This document shows positions 8,754-19,136 of a DNA stretch of 64,000 nt, piece by piece. Both the position numbers and the translations under genes were made by a program. The notes below the pieces were generated by a model that searched no databases, was not told where the DNA came from, and saw nothing but the letters and a program-made list of their open reading frames with translations. Position 1 is the stretch's first letter. Each line of letters starts with the position of its first letter. Source of the stretch: a virus; the IMG/VR virus record IMGVR_UViG_3300024274_000264; one strand, given 5' to 3'.

Positions 8754-9246
8754 TAACAGAAATTAATATTGGATTTTTTCCATACTCTCCAACAACGACT
8801 ACAGAATTAGGATACATTGGATCAAAACATACTTGTATTTTTTCATCAATAGAACCAGTAAATTCTGTTTGTTTTGAAAATCTTTTTGAATTATTTAAAG
8901 TTTCCCATGCGTCAGTTCCTACTGTGATTTTCTGTACAGGACTAAAACATTCGACATACGATGTTTTCTTTGTTTCTCTATTGAAAGAAGCAATGCTGTA
9001 TGGCTTAACATTATTTTCTAATTGAACATGATTTGAGGCGTCAAATAATAAATCCACAAAAATATCGCACCACTCAGATGCGGTACCTGTATATATTGGA
9101 CCCGCAGAAAGATAATTTTTATTTTGCCCTATTTCTTTTCCCGTTTCTTGATCAATAAAATGTCCTAGTGTTTTTGACCAAAACCAAGTTTTTAAAAAAT
9201 GGGATGGATTTTTTTGATTAGACATAAATTCATAGAATATGCACAA
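8746..9246 (-). CDS. Major-capsid-fragment-like protein 1
   Basis: FWSKTLGHFIDQETG...YTGTASEW...VCFDPMYPNSVVVVG resembles the P-domain segment of gp23-type capsid proteins, from memory. Confidence 0.55.
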   Translation of the reverse strand: MCIFYEFMSNQKNPSHFLKTWFWSKTLGHFIDQETGKEIGQNKNYLSAGPIYTGTASEWCDIFVDLLFDASNHVQLENNVKPYSIASFNRETKKTSYVECFSPVQKITVGTDAWETLNNSKRFSKQTEFTGSIDEKIQVCFDPMYPNSVVVVGEYGKNPILISVIV

Positions 9247-9262
9247 AAATTTACAATGTTAT

Positions 9263-10182
9263 TTATTTCTTTTTTCTTGCTTTAGAAACATTGTAATTTG
9301 GATGTTTTGCTTGGTGGCAGTTTTCGCATAAAGGAATCCCGCTTACATTATTACTAACATGATATTCTATCACTTTTTTTGAAATTTTTTCTTTCAAGTT
9401 TAAAGTTTCTTGACTTGGATTTTCAAGTCGTTCATTTAGAAAATGAATTTCTAACCAACCTTCTTCTTCCGCTATTTTTCTTAAAATTGAAGAAAAGGTT
9501 TCTTTGTCGTGATGAACTTCTAATTTTCCGTTTTGAATCCCACATACAAAACATGAAAAATTAAATTCTTTAAGTTTTGTATGCGTCCACTTATTATAAA
9601 ATTCTTGAGAAGCTCTACAATAGGCGTTTAGTGGACTTACTCCACCTTTCCACAAGTGTGATGCAGCACCTTTTAATGGGTTTTTTTGGCTTTGGCAAGT
9701 CTTATCTTTTGCCCTGTTTTAAATTTTTCTGTGTCGGTAAATTTAATTCGCTCTGCATATTCAGGATTGGTTGCTTTTCTTTTTCCTTTGTTCCAAGGTT
9801 CTTTTCCATCAAAAAATTTAAATTTTCCTTCTTTATAGAGTTTCATTTTTGTTTCAATTGATTTTTTCTTTGCTTCGACTCCTCGTTCTTTGTTCCAAGG
9901 ATTTTTTTCAATTTCCCTCACATGATGTCCTTTGACGTATGATCCAAAACCAATTGTTAATCCAAAATAATAAAGTTTTCCTCCGCAACCACATTTACAT
10001 GTTGGTTCAATTCCACCGTAAAAAAGTTTTGCACAAAGTTCTCTTGAGGATTTTTTGTGAAGTTTAGAGTAGTGAACTCTTAAAGAATCCAAATTATATT
10101 GAACATCACACTCAGGACAATCATAAGTTTTTATTCTTTTTCTTTCATTTTCAGAAAGATCAAGTTCAGATTTTGTATTCAT
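9263..10182 (-). pseudogene. HNH homing endonuclease (Zn finger/NUMOD3-like + HNH), split by a frameshift at an A7 run
   Basis: Upstream frame has CPEC...H, CKCGCG and PWNK repeats; downstream frame has WKGG...CFVCG...EVHH...LCENCH; one extra A at 9681-9687 fuses them as KKNPLKGAASHLWKGG. Confidence 0.8.
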
Positions 10183-10249
10183 TCAATCATTATATTCAAA
10201 TGTTGAAAAATTGCTAATCCACTTGTAAGTATGCGAAATTATTAAGGAT

Positions 10250-10738
10250 TTAATGTAGCATATACGCCACGTCATACTCAATTCCAAGTTGGATCTCTTG
10301 TAACTCTGCGGATTCATGAGAGAATTCGCCAAAGTTTGCCGAAGTTAAAAACGCACCACGGATTTCCCAACGATTAACTACGTTTCCGACTGGATCAAGA
10401 ACTTTAATAACAATGTCACGTTTGTAGAAATCCATATAGCCAGAACGACCAGAAATATATTCGGTTGAAAGTCTTAGCCATTCTTGAATTTGTTGGCCTG
10501 CGCTTGGCGCAATAGCTTGGTGCAGCGTGACATTCATTGGTTGAAAAGTCATTTTTGTTGCGACTTTTCGTTGAACATTGATCCAATGAATATCAGCTTT
10601 TTCAACCTGAACTTCTGGGGCTGAAAATGTTTTGATTAAAAAATAATCAATCCCTTCGATTTCAAGAATCGCACGATTTTTCATTACTGGTTCAAATTTA
10701 ACTGGGAGCATTTTCCCAACTGGTAGTGTTTCTGCCAT
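10250..10738 (-). CDS. Tail tube protein (T4 gp19-like)
   Basis: 162 aa; FEP..KNR, M.VTL, YKRDI.IKVLDP.G..V..W.IRGAF, I.YD; directly downstream of the sheath genes. Confidence 0.88.
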   Translation of the reverse strand: MAETLPVGKMLPVKFEPVMKNRAILEIEGIDYFLIKTFSAPEVQVEKADIHWINVQRKVATKMTFQPMNVTLHQAIAPSAGQQIQEWLRLSTEYISGRSGYMDFYKRDIVIKVLDPVGNVVNRWEIRGAFLTSANFGEFSHESAELQEIQLGIEYDVAYMLH

Positions 10739-10748
10739 TATAAATAAA

Positions 10749-10789
10749 AATTCCTATTTCTAGGAATAAATATTTTAGAAATAGGAATT
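10749..10789 (-). terminator. 14-bp perfect hairpin with T-tract downstream of sheath 1; TATTTA in the loop
   Basis: AATTCCTATTTCTA / TAGAAATAGGAATT with a 13-nt loop. Confidence 0.55.
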
Positions 10790-10818
10790 TGTTTAAAATA
10801 AAGATAAGTTCTTATAAT

Positions 10819-13800
10819 TTAATCTGTAAAAACAACGCTTCCTCTTGTTAGCTCAAATGTTGATTCAATAAACTCAAGAGATTCTGTTGGTTGAACAATT
10901 ATTTTTCCTCTTATTACTCTATTTGCTTTATCAAGTTGGGTTGTGGTTAAGTTGTTGATAAAAACTCTATAGCCGTCTAAGCCACCTAAGTCTTGTATTT
11001 CTTTCAATACTGGTTCAACGAGTTTTGAGAATTCTTGTAAGAGAGAATCTGTATATTGTTCAAACAATGTTGATTTAGAAATTAAGCGAATTCTTCTTCT
11101 AAGTGTAAGTAAAAGTCTACGAACGTTGATTCTTTCGAGAGAGGATACACTTGCGTTGACTGTTTTTTGTCCCCAAACTTTAACACCTTCTCCGCTGAAT
11201 GCAGTAATTGGATTAATTTTTTCTGGATAAAGATCGTCAAGATTTTCTTGTTTAAGAGTTAACGCAGTTCTATCAACCGTGTTTAATGCACCGCGGGTAA
11301 ATCCTGCTGGAGCAAACCAAGAATAGCCGACAAGATCATTTAATCCATAAGCTCCAAGAACAGCAACAGAAGGTGGTACTCTAACAGAAACCTTGTTATA
11401 AGAATCTTGAATTATAACATCTGGGAAATAAGTTGCAGCATAACTTGAATCTAAGCCTCTATTTCTAAAATTTATAATAGTTTGTGAAATAGAAACATCT
11501 TGTGTGTCACTTGTTATCGCATTTCCATTTACATCTTTTTCTTCTAGATCGAAAATATAGAAAATGTCATTTCTTGATCTTGTCGCAACATCAATTGCCG
11601 CATCTGTAATAATTTCGTGACGTATACCAGGCATAACAAACAATCTTCCATCGACTTCTGTTGAGTCAGAAACTAAGTCTAAAGATTTTCTATAGGCTTT
11701 AACAGTTGGACCATCAGAGAATCCTCGGTTAGAAGAATCCATTTCTTCAATAATAGCTTTGTTTGTTAGATATTTCGTATCAAGATTGAAGATTCTTACT
11801 CCGTCAAATCCACCATAGAAATAACATGTAAATTTACCAACAGTTCTTGTTGTTGGTTCTGTTAAGTCAGTTATTTGTAATGCTCTTGTTAAGGCAGATG
11901 TATCAGTAGATATATTTCCTGCACGAACGTATGTCCAATCTTTTATTCTGCTTGTGTTTGGCAGACCTGTTGAAGAATTGTAATAAATTTTTACTTTTTC
12001 GAGAGAGAAAAGATTGTTGTTGAAACGATCTGCGTCTAATATTCCATTTTCTGCAGAATCAGCAACACCTTCATTTCCATCTACAACAAAGTTCATCCAG
12101 TCTAATTGAAAGTCTGGGAAGTATTTTGTTCTAGAAGAAATGCTCTTGTTAAGAACTTTAGAGCTGTTTGGTTCGCTAACAGATACAACATTTTCGAATT
12201 GAACGCCCCAATAAAGATTACGGTCGGCTGTTTTTGTTGTTCCTGTTCCTTTTGAAATGGTTGTTCTGAACGGAACGGGCGGCTCCAATATTTTATTAAA
12301 TGGATTTTGAGAAGTTAAATAGGTTGCATCGCTAAATGCAGGCATAGGAGCACTTCCAGAAGTTACTAAGTGTTGTGGACCTCTAAAGCCCATTGGAAGT
12401 AAACTAGAGTCAATGTCTCCATTGTCAACTAATTCATCCATTTCAACGCGAATATAACGTGAACGAAGTTCGTAGTTTCCCGTTTCGGTTAATCCTTGTT
12501 GTTCTTCTGCGATATCAAAATTGTAATAAATGTTTTTATCGCCAATTTGTTTTGCGATGTATTTAGCTGATTTTGGATTTAAGGTTAAGCCTCTAAAAGC
12601 TTCTAAAACAACTTTGTTATTGTCTGTATCGCTAAATGATCTGACAAGAATATCAAAAGTTCCATATGGATTTACATCATTCGTTGATGGAGAAATGTTT
12701 TCGACGCTTACCTTAACTGGGTTTTGTTCCCCATCTGTAATAAGATGAAATTTGAACAAGTTTTGATATAATCCACCTTGTCGTTGTGAGATAAACCAAG
12801 GTGTGTGTGCAGAACGATATCTATCTTCAAATGATTCATAATTTGGTGCGGTTGAAGAACCGCTGTTTCTAGACATTGCCCCCGTAACTAAAAATGCAAT
12901 ATTTTCGCGAACTCCACCATTAGCTGTGGCAATAATACCTGAACCAGTTGGCACGGCAAGAGAACTATGAACATCATAATAAGAGTATAGAACATATCCT
13001 GCTTCTTCCATTTTTAAAGGATCTTTATTTAGAACAGTTCCTAAATAATTTGGGGCTGTTGGATCAAATGAAGCTGTTAAAGCTCTTGGATATGTTTCGC
13101 TTGTTCCTTTGTGTCCGTTTAATAAAATAACGAATTCTTGAGAACCGCCAGACAAGTAAACAGTACCAGTTATGCTTCCTTTTATTGTACCAGCAGAATA
13201 ATCTGCTGATGTAGAAGCATTTGGAATTGATGAATCTGGCCCTCTTGAAGAAGAAAGGGTTGGAATTACACCAGAAGCTGCCATTACAATGCCGCGAAGA
13301 ATTGATTGCCCACGGCCACTTAATCCTGCATCTGTAAAAACAGTCGAACCATTACTTTCTGACATGTAACAACCAAGAAAATAAGTTCTTCCTGCTGATC
13401 CTGTTGCGTTTGGTGCCGCTGAAACTGTGTTTGCATAGGCATTACTTCCATACGCACCAGATAAACTAGACTGTGGTTGTCTATCACCAACAACAAAACC
13501 TGCACTTGTTACTTTGCCGCGGTTATCGCCACTATCTGTTCTTTGAGTTCCGTCACCAACACCTAAAATTCTTATTTGTGTTAATGCTTGTTGGGTTCTA
13601 AACCATTCTGTTGCAGCAAGTGCTCCGTAATTAACGTAAGTAACTGGTACCCCGAAAATGGTTCTCCAATCTTTTAATGTTGGAACTAAAACTGGTACGA
13701 ATGCTGGTCCCATTTGTGTTGTTGAAATAACAACAGCTGGTAAACCAGAAGGTAATATTGCTGTACCACCACTTACATCAATTTCTTTTACATTTACGCC

Positions 13801-13827
13801 AGGACTTCTAAATGTTAATTCTGCCAT
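10819..13827 (-). CDS. Tail sheath protein 1
   Basis: N-terminal FRSPGVNVKEID, GPAFVP; C-terminal WFAPAGFTRG, KINPI, VWGQKT, RINVRRLL, QPTESLEFI. Confidence 0.93.
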   Translation of the reverse strand: MAELTFRSPGVNVKEIDVSGGTAILPSGLPAVVISTTQMGPAFVPVLVPTLKDWRTIFGVPVTYVNYGALAATEWFRTQQALTQIRILGVGDGTQRTDSGDNRGKVTSAGFVVGDRQPQSSLSGAYGSNAYANTVSAAPNATGSAGRTYFLGCYMSESNGSTVFTDAGLSGRGQSILRGIVMAASGVIPTLSSSRGPDSSIPNASTSADYSAGTIKGSITGTVYLSGGSQEFVILLNGHKGTSETYPRALTASFDPTAPNYLGTVLNKDPLKMEEAGYVLYSYYDVHSSLAVPTGSGIIATANGGVRENIAFLVTGAMSRNSGSSTAPNYESFEDRYRSAHTPWFISQRQGGLYQNLFKFHLITDGEQNPVKVSVENISPSTNDVNPYGTFDILVRSFSDTDNNKVVLEAFRGLTLNPKSAKYIAKQIGDKNIYYNFDIAEEQQGLTETGNYELRSRYIRVEMDELVDNGDIDSSLLPMGFRGPQHLVTSGSAPMPAFSDATYLTSQNPFNKILEPPVPFRTTISKGTGTTKTADRNLYWGVQFENVVSVSEPNSSKVLNKSISSRTKYFPDFQLDWMNFVVDGNEGVADSAENGILDADRFNNNLFSLEKVKIYYNSSTGLPNTSRIKDWTYVRAGNISTDTSALTRALQITDLTEPTTRTVGKFTCYFYGGFDGVRIFNLDTKYLTNKAIIEEMDSSNRGFSDGPTVKAYRKSLDLVSDSTEVDGRLFVMPGIRHEIITDAAIDVATRSRNDIFYIFDLEEKDVNGNAITSDTQDVSISQTIINFRNRGLDSSYAATYFPDVIIQDSYNKVSVRVPPSVAVLGAYGLNDLVGYSWFAPAGFTRGALNTVDRTALTLKQENLDDLYPEKINPITAFSGEGVKVWGQKTVNASVSSLERINVRRLLLTLRRRIRLISKSTLFEQYTDSLLQEFSKLVEPVLKEIQDLGGLDGYRVFINNLTTTQLDKANRVIRGKIIVQPTESLEFIESTFELTRGSVVFTD

Positions 13828-13871
13828 TCTTTAATTTTCCTATTATCAAAGGTAATTACGATATAAAAACA

Positions 13872-13904
13872 AAACGCACCTCCAATATGCTTAGAAGTGC
13901 GTTT
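13872..13904 (-). terminator. Rho-independent terminator after sheath 2
   Basis: Minus-strand AAACGCACUUCUAA...UUGGAGGUGCGUUU stem followed by a U-rich tract. Confidence 0.7.
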
Positions 13905-13929
13905 ATTTTTTTAGTTTTAAAAGTGAGTT

Positions 13930-16900
13930 TTATGAAATAATAAAAGTTCCAGATCTTGTAATAACGAAATCAAGCACAACATATTCGACCGATTCGATTG
14001 GTCTTACTTTTATAGAAACTCTAATTTTGTGATTTTCTTTATCTATATCTGTATTGTTTGTATTATCGCACACAACTTGAAAAGCACTTATCGCTTTTGC
14101 TTGTTGCAAGAAAGAGAACTTGTTTTCTAAAGCTCGTTTAAGGTTATCTCTAATTGCTGGTGTTTGATTTTCAAATATAAAAGGATATCCAACATTTGAA
14201 ATCAGTCTAGAAATTTCAATTGAAAGACGTTTAACATTTATTCTGGAAGTTAAAACATTTGTTCCTTGTTTGAGGGTAAATTGAGAGAATAGAACGAACA
14301 GTCCTTCGTCTTTGATAATTGGATTTATTCTTGTATCGCTAAATACATTTTTATCTTGAGCTTTTGTTTTTTGAGCAACGGCCTTAACAAATGTAAGTGC
14401 TCCGCGATTTAATCCTGCTGCGGCATACCAAGGATAAGTAACTCTATCATTGAATCCAAAAACAGCAAGTGCAGCTACCGACGCAGGAACAACCGTTCTT
14501 TTTTCATTTAGCGGATCTTCAATTGTTACAGATGGGTGATAAACGGCAACAGCGCCATTATCGATTGCTCTCGCATCGAAAACTTGTGCGGTTTTTTGAT
14601 TATCAATAAATCTGTTTGTTTCTCCGTCAAAGATTCTGATAGAGTCGCTATCATACGCGGGAATATCCATTATATAAAAAGCTCGTCCGAAATCAGAAAC
14701 CTTTTGCGAAGCGTAATCTGTAACAGTCGACTCCCTTTGTCCAGGGAGAACCATTATGTACATTGGAGAACTTAGCGGATCAGTTACAATTCTTACAGCG
14801 GTTTTATAGCTGTTTATTTGGTTGTTTGCATCTCCAGTTCCATTCATGTTTGTGCTAAATCCTGGGGAAACGAAACTTGATGCGGCTCCTCCATAGCCCG
14901 CGCTTCCAGATTCAATAGAAGTTGATCTGTCTGTGAATTTTCTAGCTTCTTTGTCTAGAACGTTAACGCCATCAAATCCTCCGTAAAACATTGTTGTGAA
15001 TTTGCTATAGTCGCTAAAACGATTAAATTCAGCAGCAGTTCCTTTTTGCAGCACGGAAGCTAATGTGATTCTTGCTCCAATTGTTCCATCGGTTATTGTA
15101 TAGTTTGTTCCGTCTGGTGTTCCATTTCTTATATAAGCTGATTCTTTTAAGATTGAAGCAACGGAGGCAGTAAGATCAGCAATTGCTGTGGTTGGGAGGG
15201 CAACTTTCGAAAGGGAAAACTTATTATTATTGAAAGTGTCAACAAAAGAACCAGTAAACAAAGTATCTAGTTTCGAAATACCTAAAAGTTTACCATAACT
15301 TGGAATAAGTTCATTTCTTTCGCTTACAATGTTTGTGTTTGTTGCCTCGGTATTACGTTCAAATTTAATACCCCAATATAAACGACCATCGACAATTTCT
15401 GTTGTTCCTGCTTGACCTGTGTATGCAGCAGTAGAAGAAACATCTCCTCTGGTAATTTTAAATCTGAATGGCAGTGGTGGAACAATAGGCGATCCAGAAA
15501 CAGAACCAGAAGCTCCAATTCTTGTCGTTCCACTTGAATCAGTTGTAGAATCAGAAGTTTTAAGTGTTGGAACACCTTTAAAACCAAATGGTAAGCACTT
15601 CGCAGGAAGTGTTTTTAATGCAACCGCATCAGAAACGCGAACTCGAATATATTTTGATTTATTTGGATATGTACCAGAGATATTTACTCCGCGATCATTT
15701 TCATCCTCGAAATCAAATCTATATTCTGCTTTAATATCTCCGACAATTTTTGCAATGTAACGATCTGAATCTTTATCTAAATTTACATTTGTAAATTGTT
15801 CTAATATTTGTGGGTTGAAATCTGTATCTTCGAAACTTCTAACAACAACTGTAAATGAACCGTATTCATAAGAAGGATCAGAAGAAACTTTTAATCCAGC
15901 AATTGAAATTTTTACCATTCTATTCGCGTTATCGCCATCAGAAATGGTTTCAAAATTAAATAAATCATATTCAATATTACCAAATGGCTGCGAAATTATC
16001 ATTGGTGTTTTAGGCGTTGAATACCTCGTATCGAATCTTCCAAAAAGATTTCTGAAAGGATCAGATGTTATTCCACCTGTTGACGTTGTTGCAGCAGAAC
16101 CAGAAATAATTGCTACGCTATCTGTGTTTGAAGCGCCGCTGGCTATTGGGGCAATTTCAGCATCAATTGGAAAATCAGCGTATAAATAATGCCCTTCTTG
16201 TAAGAATTTATCTGGGTTAGTGTTTAACACTTTTCCGAAATAATCGCTGTCTGTTGGATTTAATGAAGCTGTTAGTATTTTAATTCCTGCCAATCCATCA
16301 GAAGCAGAAAAACTCGAACCTAAACTTGTTGATACTACAAGTTTAAATTTTCCTTTAGTTACGCTATTTGATCCGCTATCAATTGAAGCAATATCGTTTA
16401 CAGCATCAACAAACGTTTCGTTTGTTCCATCTAGTACCATAATACGAGAACCAGAAGAACAAAGAATCATTCCTCTTACAAGATTGACATATCCACTGCT
16501 AGCAGTATAAGAATCGTTGTCTGTGAAAACAGGATATCCATATGATTCTTTTGTTGCTAAAGCATGTTTTCCGACAAGAAATTGAACTGAACCGTTGTGG
16601 CGAAGATCACCAGAAATTCCAGTCTGTGATCCAGAAACAAAAAATCCTGCGTTTTTAACAATTCCTTTTGTTCTAGTATCGTCAAAATCTCCAGAACCAC
16701 TGTTTGATCCTGCTCCTAATAATCTTACAATTACTGCGCTGTTTCTATTCTCTAGCCATCTTTGCGAAGCATAAGATGCAGGATATCCTGGTGTTACTGA
16801 TCCGAATTTTGCTATTTGATCAGATAATGATCCAATGACAGTTGGCACAAATGCTGGACCTTGTACCATTGCGCCAATAATTGCAACTGGATCGCCTGTT

Positions 16901-16974
16901 GGTACTGTGTCTCTTACCGAAGCATCTATTTCACTGTCACTGTATCCTGGGAATTTTAAAATTGTTTCTGTCAT
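13930..16974 (-). CDS. Tail sheath protein 2
   Basis: FPGY...EID, GPAFVP, WYAAAGLNRG, RINPI, RINVKRL, VRPIESVEYV. Confidence 0.92.
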   Translation of the reverse strand: MTETILKFPGYSDSEIDASVRDTVPTGDPVAIIGAMVQGPAFVPTVIGSLSDQIAKFGSVTPGYPASYASQRWLENRNSAVIVRLLGAGSNSGSGDFDDTRTKGIVKNAGFFVSGSQTGISGDLRHNGSVQFLVGKHALATKESYGYPVFTDNDSYTASSGYVNLVRGMILCSSGSRIMVLDGTNETFVDAVNDIASIDSGSNSVTKGKFKLVVSTSLGSSFSASDGLAGIKILTASLNPTDSDYFGKVLNTNPDKFLQEGHYLYADFPIDAEIAPIASGASNTDSVAIISGSAATTSTGGITSDPFRNLFGRFDTRYSTPKTPMIISQPFGNIEYDLFNFETISDGDNANRMVKISIAGLKVSSDPSYEYGSFTVVVRSFEDTDFNPQILEQFTNVNLDKDSDRYIAKIVGDIKAEYRFDFEDENDRGVNISGTYPNKSKYIRVRVSDAVALKTLPAKCLPFGFKGVPTLKTSDSTTDSSGTTRIGASGSVSGSPIVPPLPFRFKITRGDVSSTAAYTGQAGTTEIVDGRLYWGIKFERNTEATNTNIVSERNELIPSYGKLLGISKLDTLFTGSFVDTFNNNKFSLSKVALPTTAIADLTASVASILKESAYIRNGTPDGTNYTITDGTIGARITLASVLQKGTAAEFNRFSDYSKFTTMFYGGFDGVNVLDKEARKFTDRSTSIESGSAGYGGAASSFVSPGFSTNMNGTGDANNQINSYKTAVRIVTDPLSSPMYIMVLPGQRESTVTDYASQKVSDFGRAFYIMDIPAYDSDSIRIFDGETNRFIDNQKTAQVFDARAIDNGAVAVYHPSVTIEDPLNEKRTVVPASVAALAVFGFNDRVTYPWYAAAGLNRGALTFVKAVAQKTKAQDKNVFSDTRINPIIKDEGLFVLFSQFTLKQGTNVLTSRINVKRLSIEISRLISNVGYPFIFENQTPAIRDNLKRALENKFSFLQQAKAISAFQVVCDNTNNTDIDKENHKIRVSIKVRPIESVEYVVLDFVITRSGTFIIS

Positions 16975-17069
16975 AATTTATCCTTGAAAACCTTTCAATG
17001 AATTTTTAATTCTAACATAATTATTTCGAAGTTTTCAGGAAACTTGTTTTTTAGTGAATTTGAACGAAA

Positions 17070-18380
17070 TCATTCATCAGAAATAAAATTTATCAATTCG
17101 TCAATATTTGTAGCGCTATAAATTTTTTCTTTACTTTCATTACTTCTTAAAACTTCAGCATAAACTCTTTCTTTTTTATTCGTTAATGAGTTGGTAATAA
17201 CTTTTTCGAAATATAAATTTTCTTCAAGTGTTTTATCTTTTTGATCATCTGGATCTGATATATTATTTAATAAAAACTTATCCTGTATTTGTTTGTTTCC
17301 AATGGTTTCTATCTCTTTTTTGAGATAAACTTTTGTTTTAGAATCTTTAATTTCAAAATCAAATGAAATGGCATTTGTATATTTTTTAATAGGATACATA
17401 TTTGTTTCATCATTTGACGAAAGCAAGTATGCTTTAACTGTTAACTGAAGTTTTGTTTTAACTATTTTTTCGTTTTCGGAATAGTCATCAAAATTATCTT
17501 CCATAGAAATCTCATCTCCCAAATAAGCACAAAACCAATATCCTGCATCAGTTGTTAAAACAAAACCATTGTCTAATGGAAGTTTTGCTGCCAAAATCGA
17601 TTGCAGTAAAATATTCATCGAATTTACGTTTTCTGTCCACAAAACAACCTCATACGAAATATCCACAAAAGTTGGGGCAGGCATAACTAAAAATTCAACA
17701 AGATTATTGTTTGTTTTTGGATCTAGTAAACTACCTTGTCTAATGCTTAGGTCATTTTTATTTTTACTTTGTTTTCTTTGTGAAGAAGGCGAAGTTCTTA
17801 TAGACTTTAGCCCAATTTTATTTATAAGATTTTGATAAAAAGGATCTTTTTCCTCATCCAATCCAACCTTTATTACAATTTCTCCAGTTGCGCTATTTAA
17901 ACTTCTCGAATTTTGTGTTCCTAAAGAATGGTTAATATTAGTTCTTCTTATAGCAATTGATGGAAGAATTAAAGTTCCATCTTGTCCTCTTAATGGAGTA
18001 ACTTTCTTTGCCAAGGCAAATCGATCGCCGCCAGCAACTTTCACTTCTGGTTTGTTTAATGATGCAATTTTATTTATTCCTTTCAGGTATTTTGTAGGAA
18101 ACTTTATTGTTTCATTAAATAGTTTTTTTACACTTTGATCAATGTCAAGCAAAGTACACGCAGGAGCATAAACTGTTTCGTATGCAGGATCTTCCCCTTG
18201 TAAACTACCAAAAGGAATTTGTTCGAGATTAGGAACTGTTTCTAAAGGTGGCTCTATATTTTGTCGCGTTATATTACCTTTTGTACCGTCGATAAATCGT
18301 TCTGGCACAGGAATTTCTGGTTCATAATTATACGACTCATTTTCTTGATTTCCAAGACGTGTTATTTTGCCAACTGTCAT
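17070..18380 (-). CDS. Tail terminator/sheath stabiliser (T4 gp15-like)
   Basis: DIDQSV...LILPSIAIRR...PTFVDISYEVVLWT...MN; lies between the neck and sheath genes. Confidence 0.65.
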   Translation of the reverse strand: MTVGKITRLGNQENESYNYEPEIPVPERFIDGTKGNITRQNIEPPLETVPNLEQIPFGSLQGEDPAYETVYAPACTLLDIDQSVKKLFNETIKFPTKYLKGINKIASLNKPEVKVAGGDRFALAKKVTPLRGQDGTLILPSIAIRRTNINHSLGTQNSRSLNSATGEIVIKVGLDEEKDPFYQNLINKIGLKSIRTSPSSQRKQSKNKNDLSIRQGSLLDPKTNNNLVEFLVMPAPTFVDISYEVVLWTENVNSMNILLQSILAAKLPLDNGFVLTTDAGYWFCAYLGDEISMEDNFDDYSENEKIVKTKLQLTVKAYLLSSNDETNMYPIKKYTNAISFDFEIKDSKTKVYLKKEIETIGNKQIQDKFLLNNISDPDDQKDKTLEENLYFEKVITNSLTNKKERVYAEVLRSNESKEKIYSATNIDELINFISDE

Positions 18381-18418
18381 TTTATTTTATTTTCTAAGAG
18401 TAAATATGGAAAATAAAA

Positions 18419-19135
18419 TTAGTCGTAGAAATCATCGTCTACATTGTCATCGTTTAAGAAGGAATTTACAATTCCTTCATCTCTGCTATTTTCTGGGGTT
18501 GGATCGTTTATCGCAATAACTCTTGGTCCATCATTTAAAGTTTTAGGAGCCATATCATCGCCGAGACGTTCGCGCATTTCTCGAATGTCATTAGTTGCGC
18601 CCTCTTTTGTTTGTTTCAAACCGCGTTGTTGAACAAATTCTTTTTGGATTCCACCTTCCATACCTTCCGAAGAAGGAGTATTGAAAGAAGAAGGATCAAA
18701 ACGTCCAGGTCTTGCTGTAATACAAGTAGCTTTAAATGATCTATCGAATTCTTCTTGTCCCCACATGTTGTTCATTGGAACATAAGAAACTATTTCATAT
18801 GCGTGATTTCCATATGTAATAAAATCCCCCTCAGAAATTTTTATTTTTTTCAACAAAAGATCTTTTGCTTGAAATAACACTTCCATTTTGCCACGAAGAT
18901 AAGAACCGTGGGCATCGGCGATGTTTTCCCATTCAGGTTGTCCGCAAAGCGCGTCAACTATAATAGGACCATCAAAAACCTTTTCTATGGCCTCGTCATA
19001 AGTTTCATTCATTATTGATTTAGTTGCAGAAATTGAATAATAATAAATTTTTTGTCCAATTACGTCTTTTATGATTTCTTGGGTTATATCTGCATGAAAC
19101 TGCAATTCTTTTTCTGTAATGAAAAGTCGTGCCAT
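18419..19135 (-). CDS. Neck/head-closure protein (T4 gp14-like)
   Basis: EIIKDVIGQKIYYY...ETYDEAIEKVF...EGDFI; synteny. Confidence 0.7.
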   Translation of the reverse strand: MARLFITEKELQFHADITQEIIKDVIGQKIYYYSISATKSIMNETYDEAIEKVFDGPIIVDALCGQPEWENIADAHGSYLRGKMEVLFQAKDLLLKKIKISEGDFITYGNHAYEIVSYVPMNNMWGQEEFDRSFKATCITARPGRFDPSSFNTPSSEGMEGGIQKEFVQQRGLKQTKEGATNDIREMRERLGDDMAPKTLNDGPRVIAINDPTPENSRDEGIVNSFLNDDNVDDDFYD

Positions 19136-19136
19136 C

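Noticed and set aside
12530-16189. Short plus-strand ORFs antisense to the sheath genes, and similar shadow ORFs in the track
   Set aside because: They lie opposite long motif-bearing genes, have no recognisable motifs, and are expected by chance from codon bias.
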